DNA of 64,000 bases from Candidatus Velesiimonas alkalicola (GCA_013626165.1 NDHX01000003.1:64115-128114), one strand, 5' to 3'; counted from the first letter of the stretch, positions 32,182 through 45,486 are shown. Notes: a model not told the origin generated them from the sequence alone. Numbers and translations: made by a program.

Positions 32182-32943
32182 TTACTGTTCGCACTCTTTT
32201 ATTATTGATATAAATGATTCTATGTTAAGACTTGCACCGCCAACCAATGCACCATCAATATCCTGTTCCATTAAAAGCCCTTTTATATTATCCGGTCTTA
32301 CGCTTCCTCCATACAGTATTCTTATGCTGTTCGCTAGACCTTGCGATGTTGCTGTTGCTATAATTTTTCTTATATAAGAATGTATCTCCTGTGCTATCTG
32401 GGGTGTGGCAGTTTTTCCTGTTCCTATTGCCCATACAGGTTCATATGCAATAACTATTTTTAATACATCATTGTTATTAAGTCCCGCCAACACTTCTGCA
32501 ATCTGGTCCGCAACAACTCCAAACGCCTGTCCCTTATCTCTTTCATCAAGTCTTTCGCCAATACACACAATAGGGGTAAGTCCTTCGGAAAGTGCAGATT
32601 TTATCTTCTTATTTACATTTTCATTGGTTTCATTAAAATACTGTCTTCTTTCGGAATGCCCTATTATTACAAACCTGCAACCTATACTTTTAAGCATACT
32701 GGCAGATATTTCCCCTGTATATGCGCCTTCTTTTTCCCAGAACATATCCTGTGCGCCAAGTTCAATGTTCGTATCTTTAATAATTTCTCTTACGACATAT
32801 AATGAGGTGAAGGCGGGACATATTGTAATATCAACATTTTTAATATCCTTACATCCATCCAAAATTGCCTGTGCAAGAGACTTTGCCTCTTTACAATTTT
32901 CATACATCTTCCAGTTGCCGACAATAAGCGGTTTTCTTTTCAC
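32182..32943 (-). CDS. tpiA: Triosephosphate isomerase
   Basis: GNWKM, IGHSERR and AYEPVWAIGTGKTAT. Confidence 0.95.
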   Translation of the reverse strand: MKRKPLIVGNWKMYENCKEAKSLAQAILDGCKDIKNVDITICPAFTSLYVVREIIKDTNIELGAQDMFWEKEGAYTGEISASMLKSIGCRFVIIGHSERRQYFNETNENVNKKIKSALSEGLTPIVCIGERLDERDKGQAFGVVADQIAEVLAGLNNNDVLKIVIAYEPVWAIGTGKTATPQIAQEIHSYIRKIIATATSQGLANSIRILYGGSVRPDNIKGLLMEQDIDGALVGGASLNIESFISIIKECEQ

Positions 32944-34166
32944 TATTTCTCCTGTAATGCTGCAATCCCGGGCAAAACCTTGCCCTCCATATATTCAAGT
33001 GATGCACCTCCACCTGTGGAGATGTGTGTGATGCTATCTGTAAAGCCCATCTGCTGAACAGCTGCAACACTGTCTCCGCCACCTACTATTGTAATACCGC
33101 CCTTTTTGGTACATTCCGCACAGGCTTTGGCAATAGAAAGTGTTCCCTGTTCAAACCCCTTCATCTCAAATACACCCATAGGACCGTTCCACATAACCAT
33201 CTTTGCACCTATTATTTGTTTTGAATAAATTTCCCTTGCTCTCGGACCTATGTCCAGTGCCATCCATCCCTTGCAAAGTTCAGGTGTATCAACGGTCTTT
33301 TTGTTTGCAAATGGATCAAACTTATCTGCAATGATATGGTCAACAGGCAAAAGTATTTCCTTGTTTTTTTGTTTTGCCATCTCCAGTGTCTCACCTGCGA
33401 TCTTCAGAATATCTATTTCTTTGCCTTTTTTATCCGTTATTTTTCCTTCTACCCTGGAATCTCCAACCTCACAGCCCTGTGCTCTTAAAAATGTATAAGC
33501 CATTGCACCACCGATAAGACAGGTATCTACAATATTAAGAATATTTTTTATAACATTTATCTTGTCTGATACCTTTGCACCTCCTAAAACAGCAACAAAG
33601 GGCCTTCTGGGATTTGCAAGCGAATCACCAATATATTTTATTTCCTTCTCCATCAAAAAACCGGCAACAGAAGAAAGAAAGTGTGCCACACCTTCTGTAG
33701 ATGAATGTGCCCTGTGGGCTGTTCCAAATGCATCATTTACGAATATATCGCCCAGTAAGGCAATCTTTTTTGAAAATTCAAGGTCATTTGCCTCTTCTTC
33801 CGGATAAAATCTTACATTTTCAAGAAGAACCACATCGCCTGATGACATATTCAAAGATATACTTCTAATCTCATCTCCTATACAATCTTTAACATATAAC
33901 ACCTTTTTGCCTAAAAGTTCCTCAAGCCTTTTTGCAACAGGACCCAGCCTCATAGATTCTACAACCTTGCCATCTGGTCTTCCCAAGTGGCTTATCAGAA
34001 TTGTCTTGGCACCCTGCTTTATACAATATCTTATTGTATTAAGTGCAGCCCTTATCCTTGTATCATCTGTAATATTTAAACTCTTATCAAGTGGCACATT
34101 AAAATCAACCCGCATCAATATTCTTTTACCCTGCAGTTCAATATCTCTTACTGTTTTCTTTGCCAT
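32943..34166 (-). CDS. pgk: Phosphoglycerate kinase
   Basis: RVDFNVP, and GGGASLE at the C-terminus. I chose the start at MAKKT; the ORF extends to 34175. Confidence 0.95.
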   Translation of the reverse strand: MAKKTVRDIELQGKRILMRVDFNVPLDKSLNITDDTRIRAALNTIRYCIKQGAKTILISHLGRPDGKVVESMRLGPVAKRLEELLGKKVLYVKDCIGDEIRSISLNMSSGDVVLLENVRFYPEEEANDLEFSKKIALLGDIFVNDAFGTAHRAHSSTEGVAHFLSSVAGFLMEKEIKYIGDSLANPRRPFVAVLGGAKVSDKINVIKNILNIVDTCLIGGAMAYTFLRAQGCEVGDSRVEGKITDKKGKEIDILKIAGETLEMAKQKNKEILLPVDHIIADKFDPFANKKTVDTPELCKGWMALDIGPRAREIYSKQIIGAKMVMWNGPMGVFEMKGFEQGTLSIAKACAECTKKGGITIVGGGDSVAAVQQMGFTDSITHISTGGGASLEYMEGKVLPGIAALQEK

Positions 34167-34175
34167 AATAATCAT

Positions 34176-34239
34176 CCCTCATCTTAGAGCGCCAGGGCAC
34201 CAGTCGCCTATTCTTTGGTTATTGGGATTTGGTCATTGG
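34176..34239. repeat. Family A repeat fragment (agagcgccagggcaccagtcgcc)
   Basis: Direct read of the gap-pgk spacer. Confidence 0.45.
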
Positions 34240-36061
<1,822 letters not shown>

Positions 36062-36065
<4 letters not shown>

Positions 36066-37450
36066 CCTTGTTCCTTCAGCCTCATTACTTCTTCTTTAAA
36101 AATCTCCCCCCGATGCTCAAAGCTATCAAACATATCAAAACTGGCACATCCTGGAGATAGCAAAACCACGCCTTTAGGTTTTGCCTCCTTAAAAGAGAGT
36201 CTGACTGCTTCTTCCATGCTGCGGGCTTTCTTCATGCGGATTACTCCATTTAGATGGGTGCAAATTTTAGAAGTAGCCTCACCTATTAAAACCACGAGTT
36301 TAATTTTACTTGCATCAATAGGGGTATTGGCTAAGGCAGGCTTTAATAACGAAAAATCTCCTCCCTTATCTCTTCCTCCTATTATGAGCGATATTTGACC
36401 CGGGGCAGAATTAAGACTTGAGACCGCCTTCAAAACAGCATCTACATTGGTAGCCTTAGAGTCATTGATGAAATCTACCCCGTCAAAATGGGTTACAAAT
36501 TCCATTCGGTGGTTTAAACCCCTGAATGTTCTCAGCCCCTTCTTGATAAGATCTGTATTTAGTCCCTCTAATAGAGGAGGCAGAGACGCAGCTAAGGCAT
36601 TTTCTACATTATGAAAACCAGGAAGCTGAAAATCTGAAAAAGTACAAAAAGAGAGCTCCCTGTTGTGATCCCGAAATATGAAATTATTCCCTCTTAAAAA
36701 AGCGCCTTTTGAAACTTCTGACCTTCGGGAGAACCAATAAATTTCTCCTTTGACTGACCTGTTAAAATGCCTTTGGGTCAATGAATCATCAAGGTTTAAA
36801 ATAACTTTATTCTGACAGGTAATATTTTTAAAAATATTTTTTCTGGTTTCTATGTAAGATTCCATAGAAGGATATCGGTCGAGATGATCTGCAGTTATAT
36901 TGGTTAAAATAATATAGTTGGGTTTAAATGTTTTTACATACTCTAATTGGAAGCAAGATACCTCTACAACTGCATATTCATCAGCCATTATACTCTCAAC
37001 TCTGCTGATAAAAGGGATGCCGATATTCCCCAAAAGATAACTTTTTCTTCCTGCAGTTTTAAAAAGATGATGCACCAAGGTTGCAGTAGTAGATTTCCCA
37101 TTTGTTCCGGTTATACAGATTAGTTTTCCCTTTAAAAATCTAAATGCTAACTCAATCTCGGAGATAACTTCTTTGCCAAGTGTTTTGAGTTTTTTGAATT
37201 CAGGAAATCTAAAGGCACTCACCCCCGGACTCATTACGATAAGCTGTGTTTGAGCTATCCCATCAAAATCAAACGGACCGAAATTAAATCTTACCCCCTT
37301 TTTTTTCAAAAATCCCAAGTCTTTAAATTCTTTGTCTGTCTTTTCGTCAAATACGGTAAGATTAGCTTTTTTATTCAGAAGAAAATCAACTACTGCTTTT
37401 CCGGTTAATCCAAATCCAATCACTGCTATTTTTTTATTTTTTAATTCCAC
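36062..37450 (-). CDS. murD: UDP-N-acetylmuramoylalanine--D-glutamate ligase (Mur ligase family)
   Basis: N-terminal Rossmann [11 protein letters not shown]-loop GTNGKSTT, Mur-ligase middle and C domains. It lies outside any dcw cluster. Confidence 0.7.
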
Positions 37451-39113
37451 AAGAATCCCCCGTATCTATACTTGCACCTTTATCTGCACTAGAAACGCTG
37501 TTTCTGTATTGAGAAAGGCATCCTTTAATTTCTCCTTCTTTGGGTAGCCAATGCAATCTCCTCTTTTCAAGTTCTTCTTCAGAAACTTCTAAATCTATTC
37601 TTCTATTGGGAATATCTATCAAAATGACGTCTCCTTCTTTAATTAGAGCGATGGAACCTCCATCGGCTGCTTCAGGTGATATATGACCTATACAGGGGCC
37701 GCGTGTTCCACCTGAGAACCTACCGTCAGTAATAAGGGCTACTGATTCAGATAAGCCTAAACCACAGATAGCTGAAGTTGGCGCTAACATCTCCCGCATA
37801 CCCGGGCCGCCTTTTGGCCCTTCATAGCGAATAACTACTACATCGCCCTTATTTATTTGGCCTGTAAGTATTGCCTGATGAGCATCTTCCTCACAGTCAA
37901 ATATCCGCGCCTTGCCCTTAAACTTTTGCATCTTCTCTACCACCGCAGTCTGTTTCACTACCGCTCCTTTGGGAGCCAGATTTCCGTAGAGAATGGCAAG
38001 TCCTCCTGTGGGATGAACTGGGTTATCCAAAGAGCGGATTACTTCCGGATTTAAAACTTTCGCATCAGCTATATTCTCACCAATAGTTTTTCCTGTGACA
38101 GTCCGACAATTTAGGTTCAATAGAGGTTCAAGCCTCTTCATTATCGCCGGCACGCCCCCGGCTCTATCTAAATCCTGCATTGTCCAAGAGCCACCCGGAC
38201 GCATATTGCAGATATGTGGTGTGGTTTTAGAAAGTTCGTCAAATAGGTTTAAAGGAATCTCTAATTCGCATTCTTTGGCGATTGCTAAGACTTCCAGGAC
38301 ATCATTGGTAGAGCCGGCTACAGCTAAAGAGACTCTTATCCAATTCTGAAAAGCGGAAAAAGTCATTATCTTTCTTGCGCTAATCTCGTGAGTTACCAAA
38401 TGGACTATCTGTTTTCCTGTGTCTTTGGCAATATCCTTCTTTTTAGGGTCCAAAGCATGAGAAGTAGCGCAGCCTGGCAAGGATAACCCTAATGCTTCTA
38501 CTCCACAGGCTAAGGTATTGGCGCTGAACATCCCGGCACAGGTTCCTGCTCCTGGACAGGCACAACTTTCCAGTTCTTTCAATTCCTCTTTGCTCATCTT
38601 ACCTTGCGAAACCTCACCTATAGCCTCAAAGACATCAATTATATCTACAGGTCTGCCCTTAAAAGCACCAGGTAGCATCGGGCCACCGGTAAGGGCTATA
38701 GTAGGAATATCAAGTCTGCCAGCAGCCATTAAATGTCCCGGAACAATTTCATCACAGGCCGGGATAAGCACCATTCCATCAAAGGCGTGAGCCTCAATCA
38801 TTATCTCAATAGAGTTAGCAATTACATCTCTTGAAGGTAAAGAATACTTCATCCCCTTATGACCCATAGCCAGACCATCACAGACAGCAATAGTGTGAAA
38901 TTCAAAAGGCACACCACCTGCAGATTTAATACCTTCTTTTACTGACTTAGCTAATTCTTGCAAATGAATGTGCCCGGGAACAATCTCTGTCCAGGAATTA
39001 ACTACCGCAATGAATGGTTTCCCAAAATCTGCATCCTTTACCCCGCAGGCTTTAAGCAGCGCACGATGTGGCGCCTGCTCCAAGCCTTTTTTAATTCTAT
39101 TACTTCTGGACAT
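37434..39113 (-). CDS. ilvD: Dihydroxy-acid dehydratase
   Basis: IlvD/EDD motifs [19 protein letters not shown] and cluster-ligand cysteines. G+C-rich codons. Confidence 0.9.
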   Translation of the reverse strand: MSRSNRIKKGLEQAPHRALLKACGVKDADFGKPFIAVVNSWTEIVPGHIHLQELAKSVKEGIKSAGGVPFEFHTIAVCDGLAMGHKGMKYSLPSRDVIANSIEIMIEAHAFDGMVLIPACDEIVPGHLMAAGRLDIPTIALTGGPMLPGAFKGRPVDIIDVFEAIGEVSQGKMSKEELKELESCACPGAGTCAGMFSANTLACGVEALGLSLPGCATSHALDPKKKDIAKDTGKQIVHLVTHEISARKIMTFSAFQNWIRVSLAVAGSTNDVLEVLAIAKECELEIPLNLFDELSKTTPHICNMRPGGSWTMQDLDRAGGVPAIMKRLEPLLNLNCRTVTGKTIGENIADAKVLNPEVIRSLDNPVHPTGGLAILYGNLAPKGAVVKQTAVVEKMQKFKGKARIFDCEEDAHQAILTGQINKGDVVVIRYEGPKGGPGMREMLAPTSAICGLGLSESVALITDGRFSGGTRGPCIGHISPEAADGGSIALIKEGDVILIDIPNRRIDLEVSEEELEKRRLHWLPKEGEIKGCLSQYRNSVSSADKGASIDTGDSCGIKK

Positions 39114-39120
39114 TGTTTTT

Positions 39121-40431
39121 TCACCCCATCAAAAACTGCCTTGCCTCTCCTACGGTATATAAGGAGCCCGTAATGCAGATTATATCATTTCCCCCCGCCT
39201 CGTTCAAAGACTCTCTTACTGCCTCTTCTACATCCCCTACGGTGATGACATTCTGATTATACTTAACTGCAACCTTACACAAATCCTCAGGCAGGGTGGC
39301 CCGGGATGTTTTTGGTGCTGTAACCACAACTTTGGAGGCTAAAGGAACGAGTTCTTTCACAATTTTTTCTACCTCTTTATCCTTAAGAATCCCAATAACC
39401 AATATTAGCCTCTCTTTTCTCCCATACGCTAACGGACACGAAAGAAACTCCAAAAGAGCCCCTTTAAGTTGTTCTGCTGCGGGATGATTATGGGCACCAT
39501 CTAAAATCACCAGGGGCGCGTGCCGCACTATTTCCAACCTGCCCGGCCAGCGGGTTGTGGCCAACCCACTCCTTGCATTCTCATCACTGAGCAAAATATT
39601 ATGAAACTTAAGAAGCTCTATCGCGCCAAGAGCGCAGCAGGCATTAATTAGTTGGTACTTACCTAAAAGTGAAATTTTCAAATTCTTAAATTCAGAGAAA
39701 ATCCCTTTTACCCCAAATGACTGATTTTCCAAATCTGATTCTAAAAACTCGCATTTTATATCTCTACCTACCTGAAATAGTCGCGCATTGCATCGCTGGC
39801 AGACCTTTTCAATTACTGCAAGTGCTTCTCCTTTGGCAGCCGTAATTACCAAGCCATTTTTTTTGATAATCCCGGCATCTTCCCGGGCAATAGAATCAAT
39901 CTCAGATCCCAATATATCCATGTGGTCATAGTCGCTATTGGTTATCACCGAAACCAGGGGTTCAACTACATTTGTGGCATCTAATCTTCCTCCCAACCCT
40001 ACCTCCAGGACAGCAAAATCCACTTTTTCTTCAAAAAAATAGGTTAGAGCCATCGCTGTAAGAACCTCAAAGAAAGTCGGATGGCCAAATTCAGAGTCAG
40101 CGAATATCTTTTTAATTTGTGATTTAATTTTAGCTAATAATTCTACTACTTTCTCTTCAGGTATCTGACTGCCATTTATGGCTATCCGTTCCCTAAAGTT
40201 AGTTAAATGAGGAGAGGTGTATCTACCTACTTTAAAGCCTGCCTCTTTTAATATAGAGCTGATAAATGCTGTGGTAGAACCTTTTCCATTTGTCCCGGCG
40301 ATATGAATGGACTTAAACTTTACTTGAGGATTTCCTAAAATTTCAAGGAGCCTTTTTATGTTAGACAGACCCAATTTAATGCCAAATCTCTCTAGACTAT
40401 GTAAATAAGCCAGAGCCTGTTTATAGGTCAT
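39121..40431 (-). CDS. folC: Bifunctional folylpolyglutamate synthase / dihydrofolate synthase
   Basis: [31 protein letters not shown] and ILDGAHN. Confidence 0.85.
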   Translation of the reverse strand: MTYKQALAYLHSLERFGIKLGLSNIKRLLEILGNPQVKFKSIHIAGTNGKGSTTAFISSILKEAGFKVGRYTSPHLTNFRERIAINGSQIPEEKVVELLAKIKSQIKKIFADSEFGHPTFFEVLTAMALTYFFEEKVDFAVLEVGLGGRLDATNVVEPLVSVITNSDYDHMDILGSEIDSIAREDAGIIKKNGLVITAAKGEALAVIEKVCQRCNARLFQVGRDIKCEFLESDLENQSFGVKGIFSEFKNLKISLLGKYQLINACCALGAIELLKFHNILLSDENARSGLATTRWPGRLEIVRHAPLVILDGAHNHPAAEQLKGALLEFLSCPLAYGRKERLILVIGILKDKEVEKIVKELVPLASKVVVTAPKTSRATLPEDLCKVAVKYNQNVITVGDVEEAVRESLNEAGGNDIICITGSLYTVGEARQFLMG

Positions 40432-41957
40432 CCCAAAAATCCTCTCAAGGTTCCTGCCTCTTCAATTAACATAGTGGGATTTTCCTTTTTTTTCAACAAA
40501 AGCAAGATATTTGAGGTCAATCTTTTATGGACGATATGGCTGCTTGTTTGAGGCTCTGTCGACACTTTTAAAGTATTTTCTATAATTTTTAAATCTTCTT
40601 CTATGTCTTTTAAGTTCGGATATTTCTTTTTGAGCCTCTTTATATTTTCCCGGTTAACAAATCTGCAAGATCTTTCCAAATCCCACCTTAAATTAGTGTA
40701 GTGCCTTTCCAAAACTTCTCCAAGACCTTTTTTTTGAATTATTTTTAATGCCCTGCCTGCGCCAATAATCTCAGGTGGAATACCTAAAGAATACAGAGAG
40801 CATGTAAAGGTAATGGCGCGAGGAAAATGAACCCCACGGGTAAATTCCCGGGAATAACCAAACAGTCCTATATGCAGCCTTCGTTCTCTTCGTGAAGGAA
40901 CAAATTTAGCAGTCTCATTTATCAATCCTGCTATTTTAGTAATATCTCGGCGATAATAAGTCTTGAAAACCTTTATAATCTCTTCCAGGGCTTTTAAGTC
41001 TTTGCTTTCTATTAAGGTCATTTTATCTGGTTTTAGCAATTTTGTATTCAGAGTTTTTATCGCCTTTTTAACCCTATCAGGCGGATGGTCATATCGGAAA
41101 GAAGACTGTATAGTCACTGTTTTAATCCCCGGATACTCTTTCAGGAAATTCTTGATATTTTCAGGCGAAAGATGTCCTCTGAAAGGAACGGTGCCACAAC
41201 CAATGATGGGATAGACTTTAATACCTAATTTTGAAGATACCTGATGTGATTTTGATAAGGCGATCTTTGCTGCCAGAACCGCTGGAACCAACCCATAATT
41301 TAGTGCCGGGTCAGAACGGGCAATGAATGGACGAATGTATTCAAGCTTTTTGATTTTTGCTAACCCATTTTTATTATAAAGCTCTACATATTTTTCAAGT
41401 AACTTATCTATATCAAGCAAATGAGGGATATCTTCAATGAGGGGAATTATCTCAACAGTGGGTGGATTTCCACTTCCGATTTTTGCAGTTGAGTCCATAC
41501 TAACAAGATGAGATAACTCGGTAAATTTTGTTTGGATATAAATCAATTGTTCTGCCTGGGTTACCATAGGAAGTATAACTTCAAATATTGGAGGACAATG
41601 AAGTCCTATGTCTTTAGCAATATCATATGCGGTGATGATATTGACAAAGGCACGTAAGATGCGATAGCTTCCTTTCTCAATCCAGATATTGGGAAATCTA
41701 TAAGTAAGAAAGATATCTTTGCCTAAAGAATTTTCCTTAAAGAAAGAAAGGTTTTTTTCAAAGAGCCGCTCAATTACTGCCTCATCTACATATTTCCCCT
41801 CCCAGTCCCACATAAATTCCTCACAACCTAATTCAAGATATGAAATAAAACACTCCCTAACCTCTTCCCGGCTATCAATAAAACTTTTACCAAGCCAGAA
41901 TGCCTTTCCAGCATTATCTGGATGTTGTGTAACCATAGTCCTAGGTATTTTCCTCAT
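40428..41957 (-). CDS. ppcA: Phosphoenolpyruvate carboxylase, archaeal type (about 510 aa)
   Basis: Start MRKIPRTMVTQHPDNA matches the archaeal-type PEPC N-terminus pattern (IPR.M.TQHPDN). Its size fits atPEPC, not the 900-aa bacterial PEPC. The ORF extends to 42035, but I prefer M27. Confidence 0.55.
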   Translation of the reverse strand: MRKIPRTMVTQHPDNAGKAFWLGKSFIDSREEVRECFISYLELGCEEFMWDWEGKYVDEAVIERLFEKNLSFFKENSLGKDIFLTYRFPNIWIEKGSYRILRAFVNIITAYDIAKDIGLHCPPIFEVILPMVTQAEQLIYIQTKFTELSHLVSMDSTAKIGSGNPPTVEIIPLIEDIPHLLDIDKLLEKYVELYNKNGLAKIKKLEYIRPFIARSDPALNYGLVPAVLAAKIALSKSHQVSSKLGIKVYPIIGCGTVPFRGHLSPENIKNFLKEYPGIKTVTIQSSFRYDHPPDRVKKAIKTLNTKLLKPDKMTLIESKDLKALEEIIKVFKTYYRRDITKIAGLINETAKFVPSRRERRLHIGLFGYSREFTRGVHFPRAITFTCSLYSLGIPPEIIGAGRALKIIQKKGLGEVLERHYTNLRWDLERSCRFVNRENIKRLKKKYPNLKDIEEDLKIIENTLKVSTEPQTSSHIVHKRLTSNILLLLKKKENPTMLIEEAGTLRGFLG

Positions 41958-42208
41958 GGTATTTATATTTTTTACATTGTGGCAGGCTAAAGAACTTGCG
42001 ACTACCAGTGTCATGAAATATATCAAATATCTCACCCCGATTTGAAGTTGGGGGGATTTTTGAACTTTCTACATACACATAGACTTTTAGTATTATCCAA
42101 GTAAGAAAGTTTTTGTCAAGTATGCATATTGATAAGCTTCGTACAAAAAGTAAAATAAAAAATATGAAGACATATAAGAAATGTGGAAAATGAGGGCTTG
42201 ATATTAAG

Positions 42209-42451
42209 ATGCCAAGTATAAAAACTTTTAAGAATCAATTCCCAAATTATCAGATAACAATTATAGTCCCTGAATATACATCTATATGTCCAAAAACAAA
42301 ACTACCTGATTTTGGAACAATAACAATATGGTATATCCCGGGTGAATTCTGTCTTGAATTGAAATCGTTAAAAGAATACATAAACTGTTATAGAAATATC
42401 GGAATATTTTATGAGAATGCCATAAACAGGATATTATTGACCTTTGCATAA
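42209..42451 (+). pseudogene. queF: Truncated NADPH-dependent 7-cyano-7-deazaguanine reductase QueF fragment
   Basis: PEYTSICPKTKLPDFGTITIWYIPGEFCLELKSLKEYI matches the QueF core (EFTSLCPKTGQPDF...ESKSLKLY). The N-terminus is cut by an in-frame stop 5 codons upstream of the ATG. The C-terminal third is missing, and HED is degenerate as YEN. Confidence 0.6.
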
Positions 42452-42603
42452 ATAATGGAAAAATATCTTCAGGGATAAATAGGGTCAACTCTATTTTCTT
42501 TTTTTAATAATACTACATTGGTTTTTTAGAGAAAATAGAGTTGACCCTATTTATATTTATCATTTACCATGGAGACGATAAAAGTTTCCATTATTTATGC
42601 AAA
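42444..42603. repeat. About 160-bp composite palindrome (outer arms gcataaataatggaaa / tttccattatttatgc; inner arms ggataaatagggtcaactctattttct / agaaaatagagttgaccctatttat)
   Basis: Both arm pairs are perfectly complementary on direct read. It begins at the queF-fragment stop codon. Confidence 0.8.
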
Positions 42604-42775
42604 GGTCATTAAGAGACATTGTAAAGTCTGTGCATCCAAAAAAGGCAATAATTACAGGTGAAATTTAATCCGAGGAGGGGGTATTAAATCAATAATAAAG
42701 GCAGAATACCCATTATGGGGCCTGTTGCACAACCCCGATAGAACACCGCAGGGCCTGCCCCGACTTGTCTGGGGA

Positions 42776-42913
42776 TTGTAAATATTCAGTCAACTGCGTT
42801 GCCTGAAGGCACAAAGTAGCAAAAGCACAAAGCATGAGAAAAGAAGATAAAAAGACAGTAAACTTTGTGCCTCTGTGCTTAAAATATGAACGGTGTTTAG
42901 TGAATATTTACAA
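42776..42913. mobile_element. MITE-like element, family B copy 2 (inverted relative to copy 1)
   Basis: TIRs ttgtaaatattcagtcaac ... gtttagtgaatatttacaa. The internal sequence is about 85% identical to the reverse complement of 22731-22896. Confidence 0.65.
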
Positions 42914-42953
42914 CAGTTTTTATTCGGTGGAAACTAATTTTAAGGCATTTATA

Positions 42954-43826
42954 TTACGCAAGCAAAGTTTTGAGATAAATCGTATCTTTTTTTAACACCT
43001 CTTTTTTCTCTTCGGGCTTGGCAAATTTACCCAGGCTTTCGTCTTCAATAGTAAGAGGCCCTTCATACCCAGCGCTTTTTAATATCTGGACGACCCGCCC
43101 ATGGTCAATGTCCCCGTCATAAACAGGACTGACATACTTTTCGTAGTCCCACCCAACTTCCCGTCTTCGGTTTCGATTCTTTTCCGGGTACCGGATATTC
43201 TTTACATGGGTATGTTTGGTGTATTTAGAGACGGACGAAAGTATTTCATATACTTCGTTCAATGGAAAACCATACCAGTAAAAATTGCCAGTATCCATGT
43301 TAATGCCCAGCCGTATATTGTCCACCTGTTTGATGATCCTGTGCAAAAAGTTCGGATCGTTTCCTTGTAATCCGTGGTTTTCTATGCCTAATTGAACCGG
43401 GCTTCCTTCCGTGGCAGAAAGAACTTCCTTTATACAGGACACAAAACGGTTAACTCTATATTCAAAAGGCTCCTCCAGTTCTCCTTCGGTGACGGCATCA
43501 ATACGAATGACTGGTATCTTCAGGGTTTCTGCAGTTCTTACAACATCAATTACCCAGTTCACCTCTCCAGACCGGTCAGCACAGTTGAAGTTATTATGTA
43601 GCAGAAAGGCACAGATTCTGATGCTGGCAGGTTCGTAAGATTTTTTTATCGTTTCTGCCAAATTATTCCTGTCCAAAGACATCTTCTGCCAGGAACTGGC
43701 TGCATAGACGGCATAGTCCCGAAAAAATTCCACTTCCACGCTGTCAAGACCTAAATCCTTAAGCCCTTCTGCAATACTTAAGTACCCTGCCTGATACAGG
43801 ATATCTTCTCTGATTGAAATGTACAT
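42954..43826 (-). CDS. Sugar phosphate isomerase/epimerase (xylose-isomerase-like TIM barrel)
   Basis: Pattern LGIENHG...DTGNF...H.KN of this family. I prefer the start at MYISIRED; the ORF extends to 43871. G+C-rich codons. Confidence 0.6.
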   Translation of the reverse strand: MYISIREDILYQAGYLSIAEGLKDLGLDSVEVEFFRDYAVYAASSWQKMSLDRNNLAETIKKSYEPASIRICAFLLHNNFNCADRSGEVNWVIDVVRTAETLKIPVIRIDAVTEGELEEPFEYRVNRFVSCIKEVLSATEGSPVQLGIENHGLQGNDPNFLHRIIKQVDNIRLGINMDTGNFYWYGFPLNEVYEILSSVSKYTKHTHVKNIRYPEKNRNRRREVGWDYEKYVSPVYDGDIDHGRVVQILKSAGYEGPLTIEDESLGKFAKPEEKKEVLKKDTIYLKTLLA

Positions 43827-43884
43827 AAATACCTCCTGTCTGAGTACCAGAGCACCTGAGCACCAGTGCACCAGTTACCTGTTC

Positions 43885-45114
43885 TTATGAACCTCTTGCC
43901 GAATGGGAAAGTATATGTTTTAACTTTTCTTTTTTTGTTTTAAGATATTTTTTATTCCAGGGTGTTGGGTCTATCTCAAGCGGAACCCTTTCTACAACCC
44001 TAACCCCGTATCCGGATAAACCCACTATCTTCCGCGGATTATTTGTCATAAGTCTTAAATTCTGCAAACCAAGGTCCACAAGTATTTGTGCCCCAATTCC
44101 ATATTCTCTTAAGTCGGCTGAAAAACCAAGCCTCTTGTTTGCCTCAATAGTATCAAGCCCTTTATCCTGAAGTTCATATGCTTTTATTTTATTTGCAAGC
44201 CCTATGCCCCTTCCTTCCTGTCTCATATAAAGAATTACACCCCTGCCTTCCTGTTTTACCTTTTCCAGAGCCATTTTTAGTTGAAATCCGCAATCGCATC
44301 TTCCGGAATTAAAAACATCTCCTGTCAAACATTCTGAATGGACACGGACAAGAATGGGCTTCTTAAGGTTTTCCCCTGTATCTGTTAAAACAAGGGCAAT
44401 GTGGTACTTACCGTCAATAAGACTCTGGTATGTGTAAAGTTTAAATATCCCCCAGGGGGTCGGAAGAGATGTTGTGGAAATTTTTTTAACAAGTTTCTCT
44501 TTTCTTCTTTTATAGCCTATAAGTTCCTCTATGGATATTATTGAAAGTTTATATTTTTTAGAAAAACTTAAAAGTTCAGGAAGTCGTGCCATTCTCCCAT
44601 CTTTTGACATAATCTCACATATTACACCGATGGGGGGAAGTCCAGCCATCTTTAATAAGTCCACACAGGCCTCGGTATGTCCTGCTCGGACAAGACAACC
44701 TCCTTCTCTTGCCCTTAACGGAAAAATATGTCCGGGGCTTATAAAGTCATCTGATGTAGAAGAAGGATTGGCAAGTAATTTTATTGTAACAGAACGGTCA
44801 TAAGCAGATATACCTGTTGTAATTCCTTTTGCGGCGTCAACCGATATTGTGAACGCCGTTTTGAAAGGGTCTTTTAGTTTTTGGACCATAGGCTCTAACT
44901 TCAACCTATCAATACTTAAACCGTCCATAGGGACACAGATAAGCCCTTTACCATGATGAGCCATAAAATTTATTGCAGAAGGTGTAGCAAAAGATGCAGC
45001 AACAATAAAATCCCCCTCGTTTTCTCTGTTTTCGTCATCCACAACGATTATCATCCTGCCCTTTTTGAGGTCTTTTATTGCCTGTTCTATTGTATTAAAA
45101 ATTGATTTTTTCAT
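43885..45114 (-). CDS. ribBA: Bifunctional 3,4-dihydroxy-2-butanone-4-phosphate synthase / GTP cyclohydrolase II
   Basis: RibB domain [17 protein letters not shown] domain with zinc ligands CDCGFQ. I chose the start at [13 protein letters not shown]; the ORF extends to 45168. Confidence 0.9.
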   Translation of the reverse strand: MKKSIFNTIEQAIKDLKKGRMIIVVDDENRENEGDFIVAASFATPSAINFMAHHGKGLICVPMDGLSIDRLKLEPMVQKLKDPFKTAFTISVDAAKGITTGISAYDRSVTIKLLANPSSTSDDFISPGHIFPLRAREGGCLVRAGHTEACVDLLKMAGLPPIGVICEIMSKDGRMARLPELLSFSKKYKLSIISIEELIGYKRRKEKLVKKISTTSLPTPWGIFKLYTYQSLIDGKYHIALVLTDTGENLKKPILVRVHSECLTGDVFNSGRCDCGFQLKMALEKVKQEGRGVILYMRQEGRGIGLANKIKAYELQDKGLDTIEANKRLGFSADLREYGIGAQILVDLGLQNLRLMTNNPRKIVGLSGYGVRVVERVPLEIDPTPWNKKYLKTKKEKLKHILSHSARGS

Positions 45115-45146
45115 AATAAAAAAATAAGAACCCGTTGCACAACGGG
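45115..45146 (-). terminator. Rho-independent terminator after tRNA-Glu (hairpin cccgttgtgcaacggg followed by a U-run)
   Basis: Read on the minus strand: cccguugugcaacggg then uucuuauuuuuuu. It sits immediately upstream of the ribBA ATG. Confidence 0.6.
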
Positions 45147-45186
45147 ACCTTCTTGTGTGTATGCTCACAGACTCTAAAAAAACGAG

Positions 45187-45259
45187 TGTCCCCAGGGGGA
45201 TTCGAACCCCCGCCGAGGGCTCGAAAGGCCCTTGTCCTAGGCCTCTAGACGATGGGGAC
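45187..45259 (-). tRNA. tRNA-Glu (UUC)
   Basis: GUCCCCAUCGUCUAGAGGCCUAGGACAAGGGCCUUUCGAGCCCU...GGGGGUUCGAAUCCCCCUGGGGACA. Anticodon loop CUUUCGA. Confidence 0.85.
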
Positions 45260-45299
45260 GCTATAAATCACACCACTTGCAATTTTATTTATGCTCTTA

Positions 45300-45405
45300 A
45301 CGTTTTCCATACCTGTCAGGGGACTTCTCTGTCAAGACACCAGAGCACCGGTTGCCTGTCACCATTTTTTTCCTACATACTGTCTACTATCTACTACCTA
45401 CTATG
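45300..45405. repeat. Family A repeat between the two tRNAs (gacaccagagcaccggttgcctgtcacc ... ctactatctactacctactatg)
   Basis: Direct read. Confidence 0.65.
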
Positions 45406-45410
45406 TTTAT

Positions 45411-45486
45411 GGTGAGCCGCCCGAGACTCGAACTCGGCACACCCACCTTAAAAGGGTGGTGCTCTACCTGATGAGCTAGCGGCTCT
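45411..45486 (-). tRNA. tRNA-Lys (UUU), CCA encoded
   Basis: Fully consistent cloverleaf: acceptor GAGCCGC/GCGGCUC, anticodon stem CCACC/GGUGG, loop CUUUUAA, T-arm CCGAG-UUCGAGU-CUCGG, then ACCA. Confidence 0.9.

Noticed and set aside
32405-33031. 208-aa plus-strand ORF
   Set aside because: It is antisense to tpiA and pgk, which carry clear catalytic motifs. Composition-driven.
45115-45186. FMN riboswitch upstream of ribBA
   Set aside because: Only about 70 nt separate the ribBA ATG from the tRNA-Glu 3' end. The only structure there is a simple terminator hairpin, so there is no room for an RFN element.
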